Shown here: positions 1-12,879 of the stretch, one piece after another
Numbering within the stretch: position 1 is the first letter of the stretch
Layout: the number at the start of each line of letters is the position of its first letter
Assembly (NCBI GenBank): GCA_032718475.1
Contig: JAUCBJ010001804.1
Location: 1-64,000 of the forward strand
From: Nemertoderma westbladi
Lineage: Eukaryota > Animalia > Xenacoelomorpha
Length of the DNA stretch: 64,000 nucleotides
Direction of reading: 5' to 3'
Translations under genes and position numbers: made by a program
The notes under the pieces: model-generated
What the model was told of the DNA's origin: nothing
Database searches by the model: none
What the model saw: the letters and a program-made list of their open reading frames with translations, nothing else

Positions 1-454
1 TGGCGTATCCCGCGTAATTATCTTGGGTCGCTCGCTTATTCTTCGCCCAGTCGGCTTGATGTTCCTCCACCGCAATGAATATAGTAGTTAGCACTGCAGC
101 AGGAAGAGTAAGAAGGGGGTCCGAGTAGACTGTATCAGACATCTGCACTCCATGTTCGGGAGTCAGCTCTACAGTATCCGAACTGCTGGAGCTATCGGGT
201 CGCTGGGAAGTAGGTTCTTGACCAAGATGTTGCTGCGATAAGACAACTGCCTCTTGGTCCCGTTTTACCTGTGCCCTAGTGCCTATGATGGACCTATGGT
301 GGACTAGCCTAGGGTCTGATACTACTGGAGGGATGACCTTTTTTACAGTAGGAGGTGAGCCGAACTCCTTTCTTATTCGCTCCACACTCCTATCTGAATC
401 ACAGATAGTTGTATCGATCAGACTGTCCGACAGGTTTTGCTGAGTGTCAGACAT
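1..454 (-). CDS. N-terminal part of a probable gag(-pol) ORF of LTR element A, running off the window edge
   Basis: Manual translation: ATG at 454, open for 151 codons to position 1 (MSDTQQNLSDSLIDTTICDSDRSVERIRKEFG...). It lies downstream of an LTR and PBS-like site, and the MSD start resembles elements B, C and D. No diagnostic domain is visible. Confidence 0.5.
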   Translation of the reverse strand, partial: MSDTQQNLSDSLIDTTICDSDRSVERIRKEFGSPPTVKKVIPPVVSDPRLVHHRSIIGTRAQVKRDQEAVVLSQQHLGQEPTSQRPDSSSSSDTVELTPEHGVQMSDTVYSDPLLTLPAAVLTTIFIAVEEHQADWAKNKRATQDNYAGYA

Positions 455-1789
455 GTTTAGTTATACAGTTGAATGTCTACTACTATATTTTCAGTTAAAG
501 CAAGTCTAGTAATTCAGTATGACCGCAAGCCTAGCGATTTATTACCGGTACCGTTACTCGGTGTAACGTGATATATACACAATATATTAGAATACCGGTA
601 TGCTTATAATATATAAGTATTATTACAGACTAGATTTGTCACAGAGTACCGGTATATAATTTTAGCACAAATATATATATATATATAGTAGGCCTATAAT
701 GAATACCGGTATACAGCTTACACTTACAGCATGTAAGTATAATTATGAACTAGAATTAATTACAGAGTACCGGTATGATTTCAGCTCAAATTTATAGAAA
801 TAAATATAATAAGCCTATGGTAAGTACCGGTATGTCAATTATTTTTAGAATAATTGAATTCCTGAATATTTTAGGGTTACTTAGTTACTTTAACTTACTT
901 TATTACCGTTATTTAAGCAGTAGTCCAACTGATAGTGAGACCTAGTTGTCGTATGGCAGGCCTACTATTTATAAATCGTTTGAGTTGATTTATAATATTT
1001 ATATACCCGTTACATGGGTTTTTGTCAATATTTGAAACAAATGTTATTATTTCTGGGGGAGTCACTACACAGAAGCTGAACGCCTCTAAGTGAAGTGCTA
1101 TTTATTTGACACTAAAACTGATAATTCTAATTTACCTAAGTTACTTAATACTACAAATTACTTACGATACGGGTGAGATTAATTCTCTAATTAAACACAA
1201 CAAAATATTACGTACGAAATTTTTAGGGTAATTTTACAGGAAGTCTACAAACCAGTCCAACAAAGGGTTAGATTTCTGGTTATTACAAAGGACAGGGTAC
1301 TACGGTATTTAAATAATAAGTAGTAGTAAATATACTGCGTTGTCCAGATAGGAAAATACCACCGCCTGACGACCTATAACCGTATCGCTATAGGTACTAC
1401 GTTATGTATCACGGATTGTTCCTACCCAGAAGCTAATAGAGCTAACGAATGTGCCTATCAACCACTTTACAACACAAATATACTGCCTACACTAATTACT
1501 TCGGAAAGCACTGTACACTAAACCCTAAATTAGGTACAAGTACCGGTATAACAAATAATCAGTAGTTAAATATACTTGAACAGTTAAAAGAACCACGGCA
1601 TCTGCTGGAGTGACCGAAGCACAAAGTCGTCAGTCTTTACCTACGCCAAGCAGCCCTGATGTAGTACCGGGGTTAGTTTAACTATAACGGTATGTATAAC
1701 AAGCACAATTACTGTAGGAATAAACTTGGGGACATGAATGTTGCGAATAATCGCATAAACTCTGAATAATAAATATTACGCTACCCGTA

Positions 1790-2330
1790 CAGAATACTCA
1801 AACAAATACAAACCAAACGCTGGCAGACTACTATTAAGCCTAAACAAACTACTGTATGTGCAGATTCTGAAACTGTTAGTTAGTATGCGTTCTAACACGG
1901 TAGTACGACTTACTCTTTAAGAGGGGATTGACCTTACCGCTTATGGCTGCCCCAACTTACTAACGGCACTTGATCAGACCAACTCTACACACGCAGCAAT
2001 CCCTTCAGACCTAAAAATAGCTAGACAACAATCCAGCCTACAAATATTTGAGTAATAACTATTACGGTACCTGAACAGACCACACAAACAAACACAGGCT
2101 AAAACACTGGCAGACTACGATCAAGCCTAGATAAACTACAGTATATGCAGACTCTGAAACTGTTAGTTAGTATGCGTTCTAACACGGTAGTACGACTTAT
2201 TCTTTAAGAGGGGATTGACCTTACCGCATATGGCTGCCCCAACTTACTAACGGCACTTTATCAGACAAACTCTACACACGCCGCAATCTCTCCAAACTCA
2301 ACAACAGTCAGACAGCAGCTCAGCCTACAA
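1790..2330. repeat. ~287-bp tandem duplication in the leader of element A
   Basis: The block ctggcagactac...aactctacacacgc occurs at about 1820-1995 and 2107-2282 with high identity. Confidence 0.85.
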
Positions 2331-2622
2331 TTATCTGAACAATCTGAGCAGGGTCACACGCCTTCTGCTCAATATTAGCCTACTAGTAAATAAAACCGAC
2401 AGAAATAAGTAGAATCTCAAATAAAAAATCAGGGCGGCCGTTCCCTGATTAAGTACCAAGACCTACCGGTATACAACAATCAAAATCGAATAATACTAAT
2501 GTACTTGTACAGCAGTACCGGTACCGGTGATGACAGTTAGGCCTACTGACCTACAGAAGCACCGGTTCAGTTTTACCAGTCACTACGGTATTTTGCAACC
2601 TTATTGCTTACTGCAATAAGAT

Positions 2623-2635
2623 TATAAACTGTTAC
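2623..2635 (-). promoter_or_regulatory. Non-tRNA primer-binding-site-like sequence of element A (GTAACAGTTTATA)
   Basis: Abuts the LTR end ACA and is a perfect 13-nt reverse complement of 3397-3409 inside the LTR. Confidence 0.6.
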
Positions 2636-5225
2636 TGTTCGCGCTTTTGAAGACCTTTAGCAGTTTAACCTGCCAAAATTTATATGTCTTTTCGTTAATT
2701 AAAACACCTTTAGCATACGACAACAATTTATGCTAATACACAAAACATTAGCCGAAGTCAGCCCATGCGCGATCATTCACCCGATGGATCTACACCCGGG
2801 AGACTGAATTCGGATGCTTAAATTTTATTATTGCAGTGTAAGGTTGCAGTGTATACCTACTGTATTATTCGATATTTCGTTAATAATTAATCTCTGACAG
2901 GTATTATTGGCTTTCGGGAAATATTAACAGTTCCTTTAGGACGTGGCGCTTTATCTATTTAAACAGAACTAAGACTTATACTAAAACGCAACGATACTGC
3001 TTATGATTGAAGTATAAAGCGTATTCTTTAGGAAATACTTTGTTACCAATCACAATCATACACACTATTCTGCCGACAGTCAGTATATTTGATCACACAT
3101 AAAGAGAGCAGCAATTGACTCACGTAGGGTCTGCTAAATAACATTGGATTCAATACACACCACATTAATATAAATCGCAATTGTTATGTATAGCCGGTCT
3201 CTCTAACCTGTAGTGTATCAAGAAAATTGGGAATTTGGGTGATTTATCCGTATTATCCAAAGAGCAATATTTCCATCAACAAATAGGTACAATTAATAAC
3301 TGACGGTAAAATAACAGTACAAACAATATGATTAATGCAGTTAAATTAAGTGAGTATGTTAAGTAGTGAGTTATTGATTGAATTAGAGTTAGTTAGGTAA
3401 CAGTTTATACTTTCGATAATTTAAGCAGTTTACTAGAGTTCTTCCCAAAAGGCCGGTGTTTCTGGCTTAGACAGCAATAACAACAAAGTATCAAGTAAAA
3501 AACAGTAAGACTGAACACTCTCCTTATGATCGGCTGAAAAGCTACACGTCGACAGGAAAAATCGCTCTGATTGGCTCAAGCCAAACAAAGAACCACGCGT
3601 CCAATGGCTGTTTCCATGTCAGCAACCAGCTGTTAGATGTCGTAATATGAATCATCACGGCTAAGCTGTGAAAGGTAGTTGGTGCATTACAAGTTTTTTG
3701 CCTTACCATGTCCGCCAAAACACGTATATAGCAGAATTACTTTTATGTCCGTTAAAACACCTGTAACGGTACCTTGCGGGCGAGGGGAATATATATACAG
3801 TTAGAGAACCTTTTTAGAGTATTCCAGCGCCTGGGGGGAACTGGCCAGCAAAGGCAAACGTATCAGTTATCCCACAAAAGCTTTTACAATAATAATAATA
3901 ATAATTAATTGATATAGGCCTATACCGGTAATAAATAATTATTATAAATTTATATGATAATTATAGGCCTAATAAAAAACAGCATACGTCATACACATAA
4001 GTGCAGCAGTGCCGTAAATTGATTCACAAATGACTGACTGAATATACAATTACTAACAAATGGATGGATGGAACGTAGTAGCTTTAGTCACCTACAGGAT
4101 AATATTATGATGTGTTATCCAATCACAAACGAGATAACAAACCACTCCAGGGTTTAGGGCACGGTACCCCGTAATGTATAATGGATAGTAGTCAACAATC
4201 TACCTACAACCAATTCGCCCTGCCTCAACAAAGGCAGCAAAGTTGGAAGTAAAAGGCCTAGATTTGAATCTCCATAGAAGGCAAGGTAAACCCATTAGCC
4301 AATCAAATGGCTGCAAAAAAATTTCAAAAATTATTGTCCTAAGGCACTGAATAGTGAATTGGAACACTTTCTAAGGCGCTGTTGGGTGGTGGATGGCCTG
4401 CTTATCAAGTGAGATGCCATGGTACAACAGTTGGGACATAGCGCAGGTGGTTATGGTACAACAGGTGGGACATAGTACTAAAAGGGTTAAGATAAGCCAT
4501 TTAACTTTGCATTAATATCAATAAATTTATATTAGATTCATATAAATTAATATAATTACTCTACTTGGCCACCATATTAGATAATTCATATTGATGTAGA
4601 TTTATAAATTTATTTGTTTCTATACCTATTACTTGATAATTTATAATTAATTATTGAATTATTTAATTAATTGGATTATCGTATAGATCTTGGCAGATTC
4701 GTAAAGTCGCTAGTCTAGGGAAATTAGAATTGAATCCCTTATTTCAAACCATAAAATCACCGGGGGGGGGAGCATTCTGCGTGGTAGGGGGCCATATGGC
4801 GCTAGGCCTATGTGACCCGGGGGGACATTTGGCGCTAGGCGAATATGCCCCCCTGGGCATTCCGCGCGGAGGGACATTTTTGAGTATGACACCGGGACTG
4901 CGGTATGCGCCAGCAGTGCAGTGCAGTACCTATTAACCATAGTTAACTCTTCTTGACGCCGCTTGGGAAACTAACCAACCGTCAGACCGTGATTTATTTT
5001 TGAACTGTTTTTCCACCAACCAGCCAACCTGATTATAGAATGTTGTTCGTTGCCACAGTATATGGCACTAACATAGTATAGACTGATAGAAGCAGCCATG
5101 AGAATGACAAAGGGAATAAAACATTCGCACAGATATTGAAAACCGTCGTGTCAGTCTGTCCTTCTTTGTCAATTTATTAACTTTACTTGCGCTGTATCGG
5201 GGCCATATATATAGATATATATATA

Positions 5226-5550
5226 CAGTACATATAACATTGGAGGTGTCTCATTGGTTCCCCCAAGCTTGACACTAGAACAAAATCGCCTCCGCTTTGC
5301 AGGACATTGCTTTCGCCGAGAGGACCAGCCAGTGCATAATCTTGTACTTTGGCAGCCTCATGGAATGAATAAGCATGGTGGACAGCCCATGACTTTCTTG
5401 AGACGCATCTTAAAGGACACTGGCCTTGAAGATGCGGATGATCTAGCAAATGTCATGGGTGATAGGGAGTTGTGGCGGTGCAATTTTGTCAATAAGCCGG
5501 CACAGCATTCTTAAAAATGCAGCTGCAATGCAGCATGCCGATCCTAGTAG
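5226..5550 (+). mobile_element. 3' fragment of an RTE-like LINE
   Basis: RLRFAGHCFRR...LVLW...GG...F...ILKDTGL...DRELWR C-terminal motif, near-identical to the copy at 56.3-56.6 kb, ending in ctagtag. Confidence 0.8.
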
Positions 5551-5649
5551 TTTCGGGGCCAGTATTTACAGTAGTTAACCAACCATATGCAGCCAAGTGC
5601 CAACAAGTCCAATATAGTGCTAGTTAGTCAAACCACGTGTCAGCGAGTG

Positions 5650-6070
5650 ACCGTTTATTGTTTTGGTTAGAAAGGCTAGCCTCTGTAACCTGCTCCTTTC
5701 CTTCATTTGGTAAAGTGACTGTTTATTGTTTTGGTTAGAAAATCCGTCCTTTGAACCTGCTCCTTTCCATCAATTGGTAATTGTTTTTGGCTATAAAATG
5801 AGTGTTTTGCTACGTCATGTGGTAATCGATTATCGATAACAACCACAAACTATTAAATTTAGAGTCTTTTACCACATGCGCATATGGAAATCTATCTCAT
5901 AGTCTATAAATCAAGGAATTTTGAATGTTTTGGCACAGGCATAGTGAAACCAACTGTCCGACAGACCAGAAATCAACAAATTTTGAATGTTTTGGCATAG
6001 TCATGTTGAAATAAAACTGTCTGACAGTCCAGAAATCATCAGTCTGACATTTGAAGAAATACATACATAA
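5650..6070 (+). repeat. Interspersed repeat with 2 copies of the 68-bp unit plus shared downstream sequence
   Basis: Same unit and same ~250-bp downstream segment as 10029-10835. Confidence 0.8.
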
Positions 6071-6090
6071 AAAGGGTACATGCTAAAAAG

Positions 6091-6767
6091 TGGAATGAGC
6101 TAGAATGACCTAGAATGATCTAGAATGACCTAGAATGAGATAGAATGATCTAAGAATGACCTAGAATAAGCTATGAGGAGATTATAGAATGCAAGAATGA
6201 CCTAGAATGACCTAAGAATCACCTAGAATGAGCTATGAGGATATGATAGAATGCAATACCGACCTATACCGAGCTGTAACAAGATAAGAATCGAGTCGTT
6301 TGAGTCAGGGATATGAATCGTTTTTTCGAGAGCCAGCAATATGTCGTAGTATGGCGATTTCTAGTAAAGAGCAGGTAGTGGATAAGTTCTTTAGTTACAG
6401 CGCTTCGGTTTTGGAAACTACATACCGGAAGCCTATTAGTGCCGGACATAAACCAGGTAGTAAGCAGCATTCTTCTAAGCGAGCATATTACTACAAATAA
6501 TAGTATTACTAATAATAATAGCTCATTCTAGGTGATTCTTATCTTGTTATAGCTCGGTATAGGTCGGTATTGCATTCTATCATATACTCATACCCCATTC
6601 TAGGCGATTCTGATCTTGTTATAGCTTGGTATAGGTCGGTATTGCATTTTATCATCTCAACAGAGTTCGTTCTAGGTGATTCTTATGTGATTCTAGATAA
6701 TTCTAGATCATTCTTGCATTCTATTATTTTCTCATATCTCATTCTAGGTCATTCTAGACCATTCTAG
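6091..6767. repeat. Inverted pair of 10-bp (TAGAATGACC) minisatellite arms around a ~230-bp spacer (foldback-like)
   Basis: tagaatgacc units at about 6091-6290 and their reverse complement ggtcattcta at about 6520-6767, including the shared gcaataccgacctataccgagct motif. Confidence 0.75.
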
Positions 6768-9291
6768 CCCTAGTAGCACATAACGTTCACACACAGCTTT
6801 TGGACGTTGAGAACATGTCCACTCCATAAACGTCGCACATACTGTACCAGATTTCAACGTTCTAAATTAGTCTCCATATAATAACGCCTAAATGGTGTTG
6901 GTGTTTCAACTGAAAAGTAACGTTCATTAATGGTATCAGTTAATTTCCCGTTAATGTTCTTGGACGTTTGAATGGCGTCCAAAGCAATAACCAGTTCAAT
7001 TTGAGTTCAGAAACTGAAAAGTAACGATTTGTAAATGGCAAGTTATATTTCCGTTTTCTATTGTGAACGTTTCAATATTGTTTATTATCCAATAAAAATT
7101 AACCAGTTCAATTTCAGTTCAGATATTTTTAAAATTGTCGTTCAAAAAATGTCCAAACTATGTTTTTCATAACCGTAGTTCAATAGCGGTTCAATACTAA
7201 ACATTTTCCGTTCAAAATAATAATTATCTGAACGACAAACTTTCCCACGCTATGGGAACCAGTGTCTGTGATGAATCATCCAATTACAGGCAATACTGGA
7301 ACTGCCCAAGTACTGAATGATGTAAAAATAGTGGTATATTGGTTCATACAGAACTCAGGAGCAAAGTATACAGTAGTACTGTAGGTACTGTATAACGGTG
7401 TGTAATACAACATACTGCATTGTATAACTGTAATTTAAATTAATTTTTGTTGCGTCTCAATTATTTCCTGTATATTTTTATGACGGCATGGGGTACATAC
7501 GTCATGGGGTACATACATTCAATAGGCGAACAGTGCGAAGATCGAGGTCAATCTTGTGATGCTTTTCAACCGTATCGGGACCAATAATAAAGGGCCGCCA
7601 TCCATCAAAGAGACTAAAGGTAATTATTTACAATTTAATTATTAGTTAATAATTTTATTTCTAGTCGAATATATGACAGAACTTTAGACAGTTAGAGTTA
7701 TTAGCTTTAAAATATGTAATTTAATATATCACATGAGCGGTACTGCATGTAATTTAATTCGAAGATTGTTGTAATAAACAGATAAAATTAATGCAAAAAA
7801 ACATGATTGAATAAATATAAATTTTTTAAATTGATCCAATTTACCGATCAGCCTGCTTAAGCCACAGCGGTAAATTAAATATTTAAATTCTTTGGTTGAA
7901 TCTCTCAAGTTTATAATGCGGTATGTAAGTATTTATCTATCTATAACAAAAATTTGTTCCACCACCACCACCATGCAACCTTCAATTGGCTTACTGTGAA
8001 GCAGCATGCAAAGAATGATATGCCAGGTTTACTGTATACAAAATTCCACCGCCGCAATTCCCTATCCCCATAATTATCAGCATTTCCAAAGCCAATGTCC
8101 TTTAAGAGGCGTCTTGGGTGAAGTCATGGGGTGTCAAAGCGCAAGATTGTGCACAGACTCACTGGTTCTCACGGCGAAAGCAATGTCCTGCAAAGCGGAG
8201 GCGGCATATATATTATATGTATATTTATAGTATATATGTATGTATAAATGAGCATCACATTAGAAAGATTCGGTTTCATATTTGTGCAAGAGTATACAGT
8301 TTATAAAAGTATAGGCCTAACAGTATATCACTTGAAGTAAAAGTGACTTATACAGTACAACATGCTATTCATTAGGTATAATTATATAATCGGCTCCTTC
8401 CTTTTTTTGAAGTAAAGTAGTGCATAAAATGTTTCTTTTAATTTTTTTTATTTTTAAATAAATTTTATTTTTGTTACAGCTGGGAAAGGCAATTTATTAT
8501 GGATGGAGTGTGTGTGGGGATTCGACTAGCTACAAAATTCAGGAGAAAACGAAGGAATGCTACCCAGAGAAAGATATCATTATACAGTACTCCCACTCTG
8601 TAATAATTAACTCTAGACTTATCTATTTAACTTTTACCTTAATGATATATTATGTATTTCCTATTTGATTTATCTTCTTGTTATGTTTCTTTCCATGTTT
8701 CTCATGTTCGGTAAATTCGGTATATTTGTGATAAAGTAAGTAGTGGTAATATTCAATATAAACTTGTGGTGTTATTTCAACAAGCAAATGTTTGTTTTCA
8801 TGTTCAGTTGATTTACTTTTGCTGCAGTCCTGCAGTACACAAATCGTTGCACTAACAGCGGTGGTCAGTTGTCCAGGGGGGGGGGGGGGGGGGGAGGGGC
8901 ATTTTGCCATATTATCATTTAATAGTGAATGATTGACAGCTATTTAGCAGTGGTTAAATATTCGTTCGAAATTATATATTTGAACTACACTTTTAGTTCA
9001 AGCACAGTTCAAACCAACAGTTTTGAACGTTTGAAGGAACCATTATTGAACCTTTTCAAAACAATATTAAACCGTTCAAAAGGAGTTCGGTAAATAATTA
9101 GTTGAACGGACCATTTTAGAACGAATATCTAACGTTTATAAGATGACGTCGAGTCAACGTTTTTTGAGCGGGACAAATCCCTTCCTAGATGAACGTGTAC
9201 AGTGAACGCACCTAGAACGTTATCAGAACAACGTTATCCACGTTATTAGAACTATTCTAAACGTGAGGTGAACGTTGGTGTGCTACTAGGG
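6768..9291. mobile_element. Non-autonomous TIR element (CACTA/EnSpm-like architecture)
   Basis: TIR CCCTAGTAGCACA...TGTGCTACTAGGG with many subterminal aacgtt/gttcaa repeats. No clear TSD. Contains a LINE remnant at about 8075-8200. Confidence 0.65.
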
Positions 9292-10028
9292 ATAAACATT
9301 GAATACAGGCATGCCAGACAGCCAGAATGAGTATTGTACAACATACCATCGGCCTACTGTATACCATTTACATGTGGAAAATTCCTCCATTACCGCGAAT
9401 TTTAAAATTAGCCAATCATCAATCTCAGATTAGATAATAGAAGTGACAGCGTCTATCGCATAATGTTTATTTTATGTGACAAAATAACATTGTTCTGATA
9501 TGTAACAAATCATGTTTTTAAAATGTTAGAACTAAACACTTATAAAACATTTTTGACTAATGTTTATGTTCTCACATTAAAATAACGTTTTTTTAACATC
9601 AACAGTTATCATTTATTTAATGTCTGACAAAGACATTATAGAGTAATGTTAAAATAACATATATTGAACATCTAAATATTCTATCAAACAAGGGAATAAC
9701 ATTTATCAACATTTATAACAAATTAATGATGTTTTTCTGACATTCCGTGAAAGTAAATTGTTTGCAGGGTACCGGCACTGGTACTGCTATAGGCCTACTG
9801 TGTAGCCTACCATTTAAATACGGTAATGGTAGGCATACCGGTTGTGCTAACAAATTTTAAATAATTGATAGGCGAAACTGGATTGCAGGATTGTGGAAAA
9901 TGTGGATATACCTTTCACATAATTTAGGCCTTACTGTATTAGTTTTATAATCAATAATGGATCATGACTACTGTCTAAGTAGTGTTACGGATAGCGGCTC
10001 CACTACTTCCAACAGCACAGAAGGCCCG

Positions 10029-10600
10029 CCTCTGTAACCTGCCCCTTTCCCTCAATTAGTTAAATGATCGTTTATTGTTTTGGTTAGAAAATCCCATCTC
10101 TGTAACCTGCTCCTTTCCCTCAATTAGTTAAATGATCGTTTTATTGTTTTGGTTAGAAAATCCCGTCTCTGTAACCTGCTCCTTTCCCTGATTTGGTAAA
10201 GTGACTGTTTATTGTTTTGGTTAGAAAATCCCGCCTCTGTAACCTGCTCCTTTCCCTCAATTAGTTTAAGTGATCGTTTATTGTTTTGGTTAGGAAATCC
10301 CGCCTCTGTAACCTGCTCCTTTCCCTCAATTGGTAATGTTATCGTTTATTGTTTTGGTTAGAAAATCCCGCCTCTGTAACCTGCTCCTTTCTCTCAATTG
10401 GTAATGTTATCGTTTATTGTTTTGGTTAGAAAATCCCGTCTCTGTAACCTGCTCCTTTCCCTCAATTAGTTAAATGATCGTTTATTGTTTTGGTTAGAAA
10501 ATCCCGTCTCTGTAACCTGCTCCTTTCCCTGATTTGGTAAAGTGACTGTTTATTGTTTTGGTTAGAAAACTCGGCCTTAACCTGCTCCTTTCCATCAATT
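10029..10600 (+). repeat. Tandem array of ~8.5 x 68-bp units
   Basis: Unit ctctgtaacctgctcctttccctcaattagttaaatgatcgtttattgttttggttagaaaatcccg recurs at about 10030, 10098, 10167, 10235, 10304, 10372, 10440, 10508 and 10576. Confidence 0.95.
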
Positions 10601-11694
10601 GGTAATTGTTTTTGGCTATAAAATGAGTGTTTTGCTACGTCATGTGGTAATCGATTATCGACAACAACCACAAACTATTAAATATAGAGTCTTTTTACCA
10701 CAGGCGCATATGGAAATCTATCTCATAGTCTATAAATCATGGAATCATAGAATGTTTTGGCACAGGCATAGTGAAATCAACTGTCTGACAGTCCAGAAAT
10801 CAGCAGTCTGACAGTTTGAAGAAATACATACATAAAAATTTACAATAAAAGTCATTAAATGGACAACAAAAGTCATTATGCATAATTCGTAAAAAAAAAG
10901 TGACAAAAAAAGTCAAATAAATTGACATAAAAAATCACTGCCATACAAATATACAAAAGTGGGCTAAAGTTGCCCCATTCTACAGTAGTCAAGTTAAACT
11001 GTATGACTCAAACAATTGATGCGAACCAGCTAACGATAGACATAAAAGATTATAACCATTACCGGTACTGCCTGGGATCTGGGGATATTGGAAAAACTTG
11101 CTCTTCAGCGTAACGGTCGTGACATATTTTCCATCCACTCATTTAGTCATTACAATACAATGCTATTATAAAAAATTTTTTTATTGTACATTATTTAACC
11201 GACATGGCTAATTACTACATATATATATATAAGATTCTGAAAAACATATGGCATTGTCAGTTTGGTAATGATAATGGTCATGCCATTTTGGTTTGTATGT
11301 AATTATGCCAAAAATATTGAATTTTTGGCATTTTTAAAATCACATTTTGTCAGCTAGTAGCCGTCTGGCAGTTGTATGTCTGTACGTACTGACGTACCCA
11401 TATCCAACACCAGCACCCAGGGCTGCAGGGAGCCAGGTACAACCTGACAACTGTACAACTACGCACTGGCACTATACTTCTGTTTCTGTACTTGTGTACT
11501 GTCCCACTCTGCACTGTCACCAATTTTGAAACCACTTTTGCATATTGCACTACGGTCAGACGGTACAGCGATAAGTACAGAAGTAACTAGGCCTAGAGCT
11601 AGGCCTAGGCCTAGAGCTAGTACAGTAGAACTAAGGCATAGAGCTGTTGATATAGACAGATCTGCAGATAGAGCATCTGAGCATAGAGTTACAC

Positions 11695-12249
11695 ATGAGT
11701 TCCACGGACGAAAACGGTGCATACGAGGAAACTTCCATGAATGGAACAAACCTGAGTCAAATAGACCGGAACAGAAACCGGTTCCCGTGCTGTATTGTGT
11801 GGACACCGATCCCATGTATCACATGGCTGCTACCCTGCATCGGTCACATGGGTATCTGCACGTCCACGGGTGTTATTCGCGACTTTGGCGGGCCGTACTT
11901 CGTATCGGAGGATTGTATGACATTCGGGAACCCGACCAAGTTCTGGCGGCTGGACCCCGCGCTCATCAGCAGCAATTCGCGTTGGGACACCGCCGTACAC
12001 GAGGCTTCAGAGGTTTACAAACACAGGATGCACATTCTCTGTTGGGATAATTGTCACTCCCATGTCGCATACGCGCTCAACCTAATGGAATACAAACGAA
12101 GTCATAGATGGAATATGATTAATCTTTGGTTTCTTATGCTTATCCACGGCAGATTCACGAGTGTAGGCGGTTTCATTAAAACCTGGGGTCCTTTCATCGT
12201 TATCGTGCTCATTATAACTGGGGTGGTTGTCTTGCTAAAGAGCTTGTAG
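11695..12249 (+). CDS. TMEM222: Transmembrane protein 222 (RTE1/DUF778 family), single coding exon
   Basis: 184-aa ORF with family motifs RFPCCIVWTPIP..WLLP.IGHMGICTS.GVIRDF.GPYFVSED.M.FG.PT and WD.AV..AS..YK.RMH.L..DNCHSHVA.ALN, plus a C-terminal TM helix. Confidence 0.93.
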   Translation: MSSTDENGAYEETSMNGTNLSQIDRNRNRFPCCIVWTPIPCITWLLPCIGHMGICTSTGVIRDFGGPYFVSEDCMTFGNPTKFWRLDPALISSNSRWDTAVHEASEVYKHRMHILCWDNCHSHVAYALNLMEYKRSHRWNMINLWFLMLIHGRFTSVGGFIKTWGPFIVIVLIITGVVVLLKSL

Positions 12250-12879
12250 AACAATGATCTGCAGTTTGTGAATGTTTATTTTGTTCTTTCAGTCTTTTGG
12301 GGACAGGTAGGCCTATATAACAGGGTAATGATAACCCTTCTATCGATAACCACAGATAACTCTGTACCTAATCCTTACCTTTGCCCATATTTTATTTATG
12401 AGGCGGTGGTGTAGTATCCCGAACATTGAATAGTGAATTTACGTTGTTTATCCTACTTAATTATTATTTATTATAAAGCCAACTGCATTTCTTTTCCCTT
12501 GTTTGTTATTGCATTCGTTTTCCTTGCAGTACTTCAATATATCTGCGATTTTTTGGTGCGATTCTTATTCTAAACTTATATAAAATTATTAATATGAAAT
12601 GTAATTATTATTTGTATTATTATTTATTCGAACTGGAGAAAATCAATATATATTGATTATATTGATGTATTTTCTTTTGGTTTATTTATTTCCATTATTT
12701 ACGTTAGTATGGCTACATTACTGGTACCCACCCATAAGTACCGCCACACGTATGAATTCTAACTAGTTATAACTTAAATAATTTTAATATTTGTTTTGAA
12801 TATCTATTATTTTATTTTACAAACAATTTATTTGTTAATTTTAATTTAGATAAAAGGAGTTCTTGTTCCTTGGACACGT

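Larger units (their letters stand above)
1..3888 (-). mobile_element. 5' part of LTR retrotransposon A (5' LTR 3888->2636, ~2.2-kb leader, ORF start); superfamily not proven
   Basis: Minus strand starts TGTAAAAG at 3888 and ends ...GCGAACA at 2636. CCAAT/TATA-like motifs lie at about 3570-3800, a self-complementary PBS-like site follows the ACA directly, and an ORF starts at 454. The second LTR is outside the window. Confidence 0.6.

Noticed and set aside
10029-10600. Regularly spaced repeats resembling a CRISPR array
   Set aside because: Units are contiguous near-identical tandem copies without unique spacers, in a eukaryotic context with no cas genes.
11526-12050. 174-aa ORF overlapping TMEM222, and antisense ORF 11459-11815
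   Set aside because: Alternative-frame shadows with non-ATG or weak starts and no recognisable motifs.
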